A DNA stretch of 64,000 nt, from contig CAWJTV010000041.1 in the NCBI GenBank assembly GCA_963845755.1, forward strand, positions 64,001 to 128,000, written 5' to 3'. The position numbers and the translations under genes were made by a program. Below are positions 10,861 through 19,851 of the stretch, one piece after another. The notes below the pieces were generated by a model. It ran no database searches and had not been told where the DNA came from. It worked only from the letters and a program-made list of their open reading frames with translations. The stretch comes from an uncultured Planctomycetota bacterium (GTDB lineage Bacteria > Planctomycetota > Planctomycetia > Isosphaerales > Isosphaeraceae). Each line of letters opens with the position of its first letter. The stretch's first letter is position 1.

Positions 10861-13164
10861 ATGTCCGTCGCCTCGCAATCACCTCCGTCGTCCCCATCGG
10901 GGCCTTCGCCGGACCAGCCGCGACTGGCGTACCGCACGGCGCTCGGGCGCTACAAGGGGTCGCGGCTCGCCGCGATCCGGCTGGCTCAGGGCCTGCTCCC
11001 GGACAGCGATCGGATCCGGCCGGCCGCTGGCGCCGAGGAGATCACGCAGCACCTGGACCATCCCGCCGCCGTCGAGGCGCTGGCCGCGCGGGTGCCGATC
11101 GGCTCGCGGCTCGCGCTGAGCCTCTTCGCCGTGACCGAGCGGATGTCGATGCCCGTATCGGGCCTGTCCCATGCGCTGGCGATCCTCGGTGCCGAGCCCG
11201 TCGCGGCGCTGGTCCGGCTGCTGGAGCTGGGCCTGCTGGTGATCGAGCCGAATGCCGAGCTAGGTCCCATCGACGAATTCGCGACCGCCCTGATGCGGAC
11301 GAATGAAGCCGATCTCCAGATCCTGGTCCATCCGACGGTTCCGCACGCGGTCCGCACGGTCCGGCCCGACGTGAGCCTGCCGGCGGTCCCGGGCGCCGTG
11401 GTGCAGGTTCGCGAGTCGGATGGCCTGGAGCCGATCCTGCGGCTTGGGGCACTGTGGCAGAGGGCCGGAATCGAGCCGATTCGACGGACTCAGCACGGGG
11501 ACCTCTACAAGCGCGACCGAGAACGGATCCACGAAGATCCCGTCTTGATCGGCGCGATCTCCGACGCACTGGTGCCGCTGCCCGGACTGGCCATGCTGTG
11601 GCTGGAACTGGCCGGCCATGTCGGTGTGATCGAGCCGGACCCCTCCGGCCAGCGGCTCCTGGCGGCCCCGCCCAGCTTCTGGATCGACAACGCAGTCCAC
11701 CTTCCGCACATGATCGCGACCGGCTGGCTGGCGTTGCGGAACTGGCATGAACTCCGGGATCCGGCGGCCGAGCGGACCGTCGCGAACCGGGCTGTACCCT
11801 ATCTCCGGCCCGCCCTCTTGTTCTGGTTGGCCACGCTCGGAGATGGCGAATGGGTCGCGCTGGACGATCTGGCTACCCACCTCACGGATCGGTATCCCGA
11901 TTGGGATCGCCTGCATCTGGCGATCCCGCCTCGCACCGAGCCGGGGACCGCACCCTATCCGACCCGGCGCCGCACAACGCCGCAGGGCCGATCGGGGTCG
12001 GGTGCCGATCCAACGACGCACGACCTGAACTTGCTGGAGTCGATCCTGTTGGGCGCCGCTTATCCCCTGGGGCTGGTCCGGGCCGCGGAGGAGGAGGGAT
12101 CCCGACGTCGCGTCGCGCAATTGACCTCACTGGGGCGCTACGCCCTCGCGGCCGGCCCGACACCACCGCCCCGCCCGACGTTCGACCAGTTCCTGTTCGT
12201 GCAGCCGAACTTCGAGATGATTGCCTACCGACAAGGCCTGACGCCCCGCCTCGTGGGCCGACTCAGCCGGTTCGCCTGGTGGTCGCAGATCGGCGCCGCG
12301 CTGGAGCTGAAGCTGACGCGGTCGTCGATCGAGCTGGGCCTGGCGGGAAGCCTGACGCCCGAGGCGATGATCGAGACGCTGGCGCGGCACACCCAAAGGC
12401 CCCTGCCGGCCGGCGTGGTCAACGCGATCCGGACCTGGGCCACCCGCCGCGAGCGCATCACCTATTATGCGGCGGCGACGTTGATCGAGTTCGGCTCGGC
12501 GGCCGAGCGGGACCAGGCGCTGGAGACCTGGCCCCGGCATGACCGAGAGCCGCCGACGCCCGTCGCCGAGCGCTTCTTGCTGGTCAACGAGGAGGGGACG
12601 ATCCCGTTTGACCGGTTCCGCCTGACCGGGTCGCGCGACTACCGCCGGCCGCCCGAGGCGTGCATCACGATCGAGCCCGATGGCATCTCGATGGCTCTCG
12701 ACCCGGCCCGTTCCGACCTCATGGTCAACGCGGAGCTCGGCCGATTCGCCGACGAGGTCCCTCCGTCGGGACAGGTGCTCGAGCGAGCCGGGGAGCCCGA
12801 GACGCGTCGGTACGTGGTCACTCCCGCGTCGTTGCGCCGGGGAACGAACCGGGGCGTCAACCTGCATCAGCTCGCCGAGTGGTACGCGCGAAGAACGGGC
12901 GGTGGGGTCCCGCCCGCCGTCCGGCTGCTTCTGGCGTCGCGGACTTCACGCGTCACGCCCCTCAAGATCGCCCGCCTGACGGTCCTCAATCTGCCCACCG
13001 CCGAGCTGCTCGACGGGTTGCTCCAGCACCCCGCCACTCGCCAATGGCTGGGCGACCGCCTCGGTCCGAAATCCGTGTCAATACGCGACGAGGACCTCGA
13101 GCCTCTCCAGAAAACCCTGAAGGAGATGGGGATCAGTCTGGACGCGGAACGACCCGAGGCGTGA
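10861..13164 (+). CDS. Helicase-associated (Helicase_C_3, p52/Tfb2-like) domain protein
   Basis: LFVQPNFEMIAY...LTRSSIELGLAGSLTPEAMIETLARHTQRPLPAGVVNAIRTWATRRERI, with a second degenerate copy at about 12660-12930. Intact 767-aa ORF adjacent to xpb. Confidence 0.85.
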   Translation: MSVASQSPPSSPSGPSPDQPRLAYRTALGRYKGSRLAAIRLAQGLLPDSDRIRPAAGAEEITQHLDHPAAVEALAARVPIGSRLALSLFAVTERMSMPVSGLSHALAILGAEPVAALVRLLELGLLVIEPNAELGPIDEFATALMRTNEADLQILVHPTVPHAVRTVRPDVSLPAVPGAVVQVRESDGLEPILRLGALWQRAGIEPIRRTQHGDLYKRDRERIHEDPVLIGAISDALVPLPGLAMLWLELAGHVGVIEPDPSGQRLLAAPPSFWIDNAVHLPHMIATGWLALRNWHELRDPAAERTVANRAVPYLRPALLFWLATLGDGEWVALDDLATHLTDRYPDWDRLHLAIPPRTEPGTAPYPTRRRTTPQGRSGSGADPTTHDLNLLESILLGAAYPLGLVRAAEEEGSRRRVAQLTSLGRYALAAGPTPPPRPTFDQFLFVQPNFEMIAYRQGLTPRLVGRLSRFAWWSQIGAALELKLTRSSIELGLAGSLTPEAMIETLARHTQRPLPAGVVNAIRTWATRRERITYYAAATLIEFGSAAERDQALETWPRHDREPPTPVAERFLLVNEEGTIPFDRFRLTGSRDYRRPPEACITIEPDGISMALDPARSDLMVNAELGRFADEVPPSGQVLERAGEPETRRYVVTPASLRRGTNRGVNLHQLAEWYARRTGGGVPPAVRLLLASRTSRVTPLKIARLTVLNLPTAELLDGLLQHPATRQWLGDRLGPKSVSIRDEDLEPLQKTLKEMGISLDAERPEA

Positions 13165-13214
13165 GCAGGGTACCCCGGATGCCAGCAAGCCGGCGCGCCA
13201 ATCGTCGGGCGACG

Positions 13215-13494
13215 TCAGTGCCTGTATCCTCGGGCGGAAGGACCGCGATACGACTCGATCGCCCCTGGGCGAGTCCACCACCAGTAGCCGAGCACGCAGA
13301 GAAGGCCCACGCCGACCAGGATGAATCCTGGAGGCTCGGGGACCAATGCGACGGTCGTGATTCCCGTGAAGGGGAAGGAGTTCTGGTAGCAGATTCCAGA
13401 ATGCCCGACGCTCTCGTTTCCAGGGGGTTTCCGGGATACTGCAGAACGTCAGCTCCGGCGCGGGATACTCGATGACCTCGCTCATCGTTTTCAC
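13215..13494 (-). pseudogene. Chimeric relic: DUF5678-like N-terminus joined out of frame to a PEP-CTERM-like tail
   Basis: One frame reads MSEVIEYPAPELTF...PWKRERRAFWNLLPELL. From about 13380 another frame reads SFPFTGITTVALVPEPPGFILVGVGLLCVLGYWWWTR...*. Confidence 0.5.
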
Positions 13495-13608
13495 TTTGAC
13501 GATCGGGAGGATCCGTAGGTTAGCCTTTCTCCCAATCTACTCCATCGTCTGCTCGGTTAAACAGCCGATTGTCGGTCATGGTGCATTGCATCTGCGGAGA
13601 CGTCTCGA

Positions 13609-15226
13609 TCATCCTCCCCGCGTTGTCGGCGCCTGATCGCCGGGGCCCGGCTTGACGACCTGCCAGTGCGGTTTCGTAGGTGACGTGGTCGTTGAGTCTA
13701 TCTGATCCTGGCCGGCGGGAGGCACGACCTTGAGATCGGTCGGCTCGCGGGTTGGAGCAGGGGCCGGGGAGGCCGGGATCGGATGCCAGGCGATGCGCTG
13801 GGTGGGGCCGGAGGCCGGCTGAGGCGCGCGGTTGCCGGAGTCGACCGGGTCGGGGATCCCCAGCAGTTTGGGGTGCGGGAGCATCACGTCTCCCTCACCG
13901 CCGACGGCCCGCCGCAGCTTGCGTTCGTCGGCGTCTGGTGACTGGGCGCGCGCCACCGGCGTCAGCGTGCGCCGGGGCCGGGCGGGCCGGGCGGATGGCG
14001 ATTCTGATGGCGATGGCGAGCGATCGTCGGCGACCAGGGTGCCCGAATTCGAGCCATAGTTGACCGGAGCGTACAGCGCCATCAGCTTGTTGCGGTCGAG
14101 GATGCTGTAGATCGACCGAGGCGTGGCATAGAGGCCGTGATCGCCCCGTGGCTCGGCGAAGTTGCACACGCCCGCGATGTAGAAATCGGTGGTGAACAGG
14201 CCGCCGCCGGAACGGCCTTGCTTGGGCGCCTTCCAGCACTCCATCGCCTCGTACTCGGGGTTGCCGGCCAGGCCCTGCATCCGCGGGTTGAGGATCTTGG
14301 TATACCAGGCCGTGGCGTCGTGACCCTCCGGGCAGCCGACTGCAAGCATCTTCATGGGGTGCGGCGTGCTCTTGGGCTCCCAGTGGGCCGGCACGACCCG
14401 GCTGGCCGGAAGCTGCCGGCCCGGACGGATCCGGATCAGCCCGACGTCGCGCGTGAAGTCGTAGTCCACCGCCTCGCCTCGGACCGACTCGAGATAGCCG
14501 ACCTGGGCCGGATTCGTGCCTTGTAGCTGGCCGTCGAACAGGTCGATGACGATCTTGCGCGGGAACTGCTTCGGATCGGACGCCTGCCGGCTCCCCTCGA
14601 GTTTGAAGATATGGCGCACGTCAGGATGAGCGACTGCTGGGGCGTGCTGTAGATGATCGTCCCCGAGCCGAAGCCGGTCGAATGAGGGCCGATGATCTTG
14701 ATCCGAACGACCGTCTCCGCCGGGTGCGGATTGACGAAGCTCGCGGATCGTCGGGTCTCCGACTCCGGTCGATCGTCCGGGTCGTCGCGACGAGTGCGCG
14801 ACCGGGCTCCGGCGGCTTCATCATCGTCGTCATCCGAGTCGGCCCGGGAACGTTCGCGTGTGACGACATGCGCGTTGGAGTTCTCAGGCGGCTGGGCCTT
14901 CGCCTTGGCCGCCACGTAGAACCTGGCCAGCGCGGCGGCGGACTGGAGTCCGCTGGTGCGGTCGATTTCTCGGCCTGAGGCGTCGACGACGATGAAGGTC
15001 GGGACGCGGTCGACACGGTAACGCGCCGCCACATCGCTGTCCTGGTCAAGGTCGATCGACTTGACTGGATAATGTTTTCGGATCAGTTCCTTGACGGCCC
15101 CGCGCATCTGCCGGCAGGGGCGCACCCTTCGGCGTGGAAGTCGAGCAAGACGGGCGCGTCAACCGCGTCACTCGACGGGGCATTCGTCGCGGTGAGCAGA
15201 GCGAGCAGCAGGGTGGCAAGGGTCAT
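13609..15226 (-). CDS. Secreted thioredoxin-domain + trypsin-like serine protease (frameshifts near 15120 and 14615)
   Basis: Signal peptide MTLATLLLALLTA; LLDFHAE-C-PCRQM and VPTF thioredoxin motifs; protease triad LTCA(H), DVGLI, GRSGGGLF; Pro-rich tail. Confidence 0.82.
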
Positions 15227-16018
15227 ACGGCAAGGACTCCTTTCCCTCGGGAATGCCCACGGCCGGCCGCAGGAATGCCGCCGCGCGTGGGCTGGACCAG
15301 CTCGGTGTCACGCGCCCCGGGATGAGGCGAGGAACGATCCGTTGGCCGGGCCTTCGGACGCGAGGAGGGCAGGTGGACCGTCAACTCGGCGAAGGGCCAG
15401 GGTCTGGCCTCGCCGGGTGCGAGTGGACGGACCGCGTCCGCGGGGGCGGACGTGTTCGCCGAAAGAAGTGGATGAAGTTCGAGATGACCGACGACGTGCC
15501 GGGGACCGCGGTCCCCGACCCTTCCTTGGACGGCGCGCCTCGCGCTGTGGGCCCCGCGACACATCATCATGGCGTGTCGCGTCCCGCCGATCGAGCCTTC
15601 CGTTGATCGGCGCGCAGCACCGGTATAACCGGCGTGCCCGACGACCCCCAAACGGCCCGGCGACGGTCCCGTGGCGACGGCGTGCTCCCTCCTGGCCTCT
15701 AGACCACCCCAGCCTCCGGCCGGGGGTGTGCGAGATCCCGAGGGGTTCGCGTTCACCGCGGTGAGCCCCTTGTACTAGGAGTGGACGAGGAGTACCAGAT
15801 CAGTTATCGGCTTTTTGTCCGCGGCTCTTGAGTCGTTTTTTCAATCCTAGGACAAACCGCGCTCGAGAGCTTCCGCAGGCTTGCGGGATCTCGCGATAAA
15901 GATGGGTTTTACGGATCAGGCGGGGTCTTGAAAAAAGATCGGACAATCGAGCAGAATCGCTTCGCCTGGAATCATATACGGAAAGCCGAATCACCGAAAG
16001 ACGGGAGCAACGCGACCC

Positions 16019-16396
16019 ATGAAGCTGAACCACCTTAATCTCACGGTCACGGACGTCCCCGCAACGCGTGAGTTCCTCGAAAAACACTTCGGGCTGCGGA
16101 AGATGGGCGGGAACGACAACCTCGCACTTCTGTTCGACGACAACGGCTTGGTGCTCACCCTGACGAGCATGAAGATTGGCAAGGAAACCGAAGTCCGGTA
16201 TCCGGCCACATTCCACATCGGCTTCGCCCAGGAAGGCGAGGAAGCAGTGAACGCGATCAACCGGCGCTTGAAGGAGGATGGATTCGATGTTCCACCTCCT
16301 TCCAGACAACACGGATCGTGGACCTTCTACTTCCAGGCTCCCGGTGGGTTCACGATCGAGGTCCTCTCCGCGCTCAACGATGAACGGATTCAGTGA
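16019..16396 (+). CDS. VOC/glyoxalase family protein
   Basis: MKLNHLNLTVTDV...FHIGF...FYFQAPGGFTIEV; GGAG RBS upstream. Confidence 0.9.
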   Translation: MKLNHLNLTVTDVPATREFLEKHFGLRKMGGNDNLALLFDDNGLVLTLTSMKIGKETEVRYPATFHIGFAQEGEEAVNAINRRLKEDGFDVPPPSRQHGSWTFYFQAPGGFTIEVLSALNDERIQ

Positions 16397-16476
16397 TGGG
16401 TCCAAGCGGACCCCATGGAGTCCGGGTCACCGTTGAGGCGGGACGAGGAAACGCCGACGAGCCGGACGATTCCCTC

Positions 16477-17126
16477 TTACGGCTCCAGTTCCTTGATTTC
16501 GATGTCCTTGAACCGGACTTCCATCGGCTGAGGCCAGACGTGGATCTGCAGCGCGATGATCCCGTCCTTGTGGAACTTGGGATCCTCGCGGTCGATGATG
16601 CGCGTGCCGTTGAAATCGATGGTGACGTGCGACCCCTTGGCGGTGATCACGAACTCGTTCCAGTCGCCCTTCTTGACGAGGGGTTTGGCTTTCTTCGTCT
16701 GATCATCGAGGAAGCCGCGTCCGCGCTCCTCGTAGAGGAGGCCCCAGTACTCGTCGGACACGTCGGCCTGAGGGCCCGAGACGACGCCGTCGTCGGCGCG
16801 CTTGCTGCGAAACTGGATTCCCGAGTTGCCGTTGCGGATCTTGACCTTGGCCTTGAGCACGAAGTCGCCGTAAGGCTTATCGGTCACCAGGAACTCGTTC
16901 TTCTTGAGCTTCTCCTGGGTGGTCCGGCCGACGATCTCGCCATCTTCGACCGCGAACAAGGACTTGTCCGCGGGCGTGACCCAGCCAGTGAGATCCTTGC
17001 CGTTGAACAACGGATGAAAGTCTTTGGATTCCTGGGCCCACGCCGCGGCGCGAAACACGACGCGGCGAGGCTGAAGGCGCCCAGGAACAGCAGCGACGAC
17101 GCCGCGAGGCGTAAGGATTGAATCAT
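16477..17126 (-). CDS. DUF1080 (3-keto-disaccharide hydrolase) protein (frameshift in signal peptide)
   Basis: LFNGKDLTGW, GNSGIQFRS, WNEFVI, GIIALQIH and FKDIEIKEL motifs; signal peptide MIQSLRLAASSLLFLGAF in an adjacent frame. Confidence 0.88.
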
Positions 17127-17361
17127 CGGTGGTGTCCTTCTCCCTACCCCGAGGGCCGGCCGTCTTCTGGATTTTCCGGGCGGCCGGCGTGCGGGGATCG
17201 ATCGTGAGGGTGAATCGAACGAGGTTCTTCGTCGGTCGATTGTGCCGGCGCCGGCCTGGCCCGTCAATCACCGAGCCGACGCCCGGGTGGCGTCCGGTCG
17301 CGGCTGCCGGTAGAATCGATGGCTTTCCACCATGCAAAGACCTCTACCTTGGTTGATGGCC

Positions 17362-18348
17362 ATGCCCTTCGCGGACGACCTGAGCCGGTTCGGACCCGGT
17401 TCCTCGATGCGCGTCACGCGCGACGAGGCCCTGGCTTACTGCGCCCGGTTGACGGCGACGCATTACGAGAACTTCAGCGTCGTGACCCGCCTCACCCCGC
17501 TCGAACATCGACCTGCCTTCCAGAGCATCTACGCATTTTGCCGATGGTCCGACGACCTGGGCGACGAGATCGGCGACACGCGGCGGTCGATCGAACTCCT
17601 CGACTGGTGGCGGGACGAGCTGCGTGAGATGTACCGAGGTCATGCCCGCCACCCGGTGATGATCGCGCTGGCCGAGACGGTCGCGCGCGACGGCATTCCC
17701 ATCGAGCCGTTCGAAATCGCTGATCTCGGCCTTCGAGCAGGACCAGTCGGTGACAGAATACCTTACATATCATCAATTGATTGATTATTGTACGAGATCG
17801 GCGAATCCCGTCGGCCGGCTGGTGCTGTATGTCGCGGGATCGCTGAGCCCGGAGAATGCCCGGCTCTCCGATACCACCTGCACCGCGCTCCAGCTCGCCA
17901 ACTTCTGGCAAGACGTGGCGCGGGACCTCGCCATCGGTCGGATCTATCTGCCGCGGGAGGATCGGGAGCGCTTCGGCTACGCCGAGTCCGACCTGCGCGC
18001 GCTCCGGTTCACGCCGGCTTTCGCCGAGTTGTTGAAGTTCGAGGTCGAGCGGACTCGCGGCTTGTTCGCCGAGGGGCGCGCCTGGTGGCGCGAGTCCCGC
18101 GAGCGTTCGCCGTGGACATCGATCTGTTCTCGCGCGGCGGCCTGGCCATCCTCGATCGGATCGAGGCCCGTGGGTTCGACGTCTTGAGTGGCCGGCCGTC
18201 CTTGAGCCGATGGACCAAGCTCCGGCTGCTCGGACGCGCGGTGTTGGCGATGACGGTCGTCCGCCTGCTCGACGCGTTACCCGGTGTGGCGACGAACGGT
18301 ACCCACGAGATCGCCCCCTCGCCGACGCATCCGGAGAGCTCCCCGTGA
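17362..18348 (+). CDS. hpnC: Squalene synthase HpnC (frameshifts near 17720 and 18080)
   Basis: HYENFSVV, IYAFCRWSDDLGDE, YCTRSANPVGRLVL, TALQLANFWQDVARD and GRIYLP motifs; overlaps hpnD at GTGA. Confidence 0.9.
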
Positions 18349-19226
18349 AGACGGACCGGGCGCTCGAGGAGAGTTACCGTTTCTGCGGCGCGTTGTCACG
18401 GCGCGAGGCGCGGAACTTCTACTATGCGTTCCTGCTCTTACCTCGATCGCGTCGGCGGTCGATGTGTGCGCTGTACGCGTTCATGCGGCACACCGACGAC
18501 CTGGCCGACGAGCCCGGCACGACCGAGGCGAAGGCCCACGCACTCGACGCCTGGCGGCAGGCGCTCGACACCGCGCTGGCCGGCCGTTGCGGCAACGCCT
18601 GGCCGGGACACCCCGCCCTGAAAGACACCGTAGAGCGGCACGGAATCCCCGCGCAACTGCTTCATGAGGTCATCGAGGGGGTCTCGATGGACATCCAGCC
18701 GCGCGGCTTCGCCACCTTCGCCGACCTGGCCGATTATTGCTACCACGTCGCCTCCGTCGTCGGCTTGAGCTGCCTGCACATCTGGGGCTATCGTTCAGAA
18801 GGGGGTCTGGCCGAGCGCCTGGCCGAGCATTGTGGAATCGCGCTACAACTGACCAACATCCTCCGCGACGTCGGCGACGACGCACGGAACGGCCGGATCT
18901 ATCTGCCCGGCGACGACCTGGCGCGGTTCGGCGTCAAGCCGGAGGAACTGGCGGTCACGGTCAGCCCAGTGGTCGGCTCCGCGAGCTACTGGCCTTCGAG
19001 GCACGACCGCGCCTACGAATACTATGAGGACGCTCGTCCGCTTGTCCGGTTAGTGAATCCGGTGGGCCGGCCCGTGCTCCGGACCATCGTCGGCATCTAC
19101 CGCTCCCTGCTCGACGAGATCGCGGGCGATTACCAGGTTCTCGACGGCCGCATTTCGCTCCCGCCCGGCAAGATCGCGATCGCACTCGAGCGTTGGCGGG
19201 TTGAATGTTGGCGTGGAGAAATTTGA
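18345..19226 (+). CDS. hpnD: Presqualene diphosphate synthase HpnD (3' end noisy)
   Basis: ARNFYYAFLLLP, LYAFMRHTDDLADE, YCYHVASVVG, QLTNILRDVGDDARNGRIYLP; GTG start at 18345. Confidence 0.88.
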   Translation: MKTDRALEESYRFCGALSRREARNFYYAFLLLPRSRRRSMCALYAFMRHTDDLADEPGTTEAKAHALDAWRQALDTALAGRCGNAWPGHPALKDTVERHGIPAQLLHEVIEGVSMDIQPRGFATFADLADYCYHVASVVGLSCLHIWGYRSEGGLAERLAEHCGIALQLTNILRDVGDDARNGRIYLPGDDLARFGVKPEELAVTVSPVVGSASYWPSRHDRAYEYYEDARPLVRLVNPVGRPVLRTIVGIYRSLLDEIAGDYQVLDGRISLPPGKIAIALERWRVECWRGEI

Positions 19227-19473
19227 CGGCTGGGGCCGAGTGCGTAATGACACGTACGGCCATCCGCAGCTTCGAAGGCGGTCGCCGTCGCGTGACGGTA
19301 TACATCTCGCTCCTGCGGCACGCCGTCGCTCCAGTTGCCAGGCGTAAGGAAGCGTTGGCCGTGAACTAGGGCGTCGGCCATCGTGAAGGAATGATCGCCG
19401 GGCCGTGTCCACGTGCCCGATTTCTGGAAAGCCGTTTCAGAGGCGAGGTGAGGGAGAGGTTGCATGGAAAAGA

Positions 19474-19516
19474 AATATTTGAAAATCACGAGATTCTGTG
19501 GACAAACAGAGCCGGC
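19474..19516 (+). promoter_or_regulatory. Putative ECF upstream/promoter motif, copy 1
   Basis: AATATTTGAAAATCACGAGATTCTGTGGACAAACAGAGCCGGC matches 25116-25158 at 36/43 positions and lies just upstream of the ECF start. Confidence 0.4.
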
Positions 19517-19543
19517 TTCAGGTATCCTGAAATGGGAGACATC

Positions 19544-19795
19544 ATGTGCGACCAGAACGAGCGAGACGATGACGACTTGCTCCTTCGCATCGAAGGGGGG
19601 GAGGAGCAGGCCCTGACCGAGCTGTTCACCCGACACCGTGAGCGGCTGCGGCGGATGATCCGGCTTCGTCTCGACCGGCGACTGCAAGGGTGGATCGACT
19701 CCGCCGACGTCCTCCAGGACACCGACCTCGAGGTCACTCGGCGGGCGCGGCTCAAGGCGATGCTCAAGGGCATACCCGGATTCCTCGATAACTAG
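19544..19795 (+). pseudogene. Planctomycete-type ECF sigma factor with large in-frame internal deletion
   Basis: ALTELFTRHRERLRRMIRLRLDRRLQGWIDSADVLQD is joined directly to the terminal RLKAMLKGIPGFLDN*. Only 83 aa; the region-4 HTH is missing. Confidence 0.75.
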
Positions 19796-19851
19796 GGCGG
19801 AGGGATCCACCGGATGTTCTCCCGACGAGCCACGTAGCGAACGGAGAGACC

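Noticed and set aside
19230..19400. Minus-strand fragment TPGNWSDGVPQ resembling an extracellular-protein motif
   Set aside because: Too short and degenerate to call; at most a relic at the island edge.
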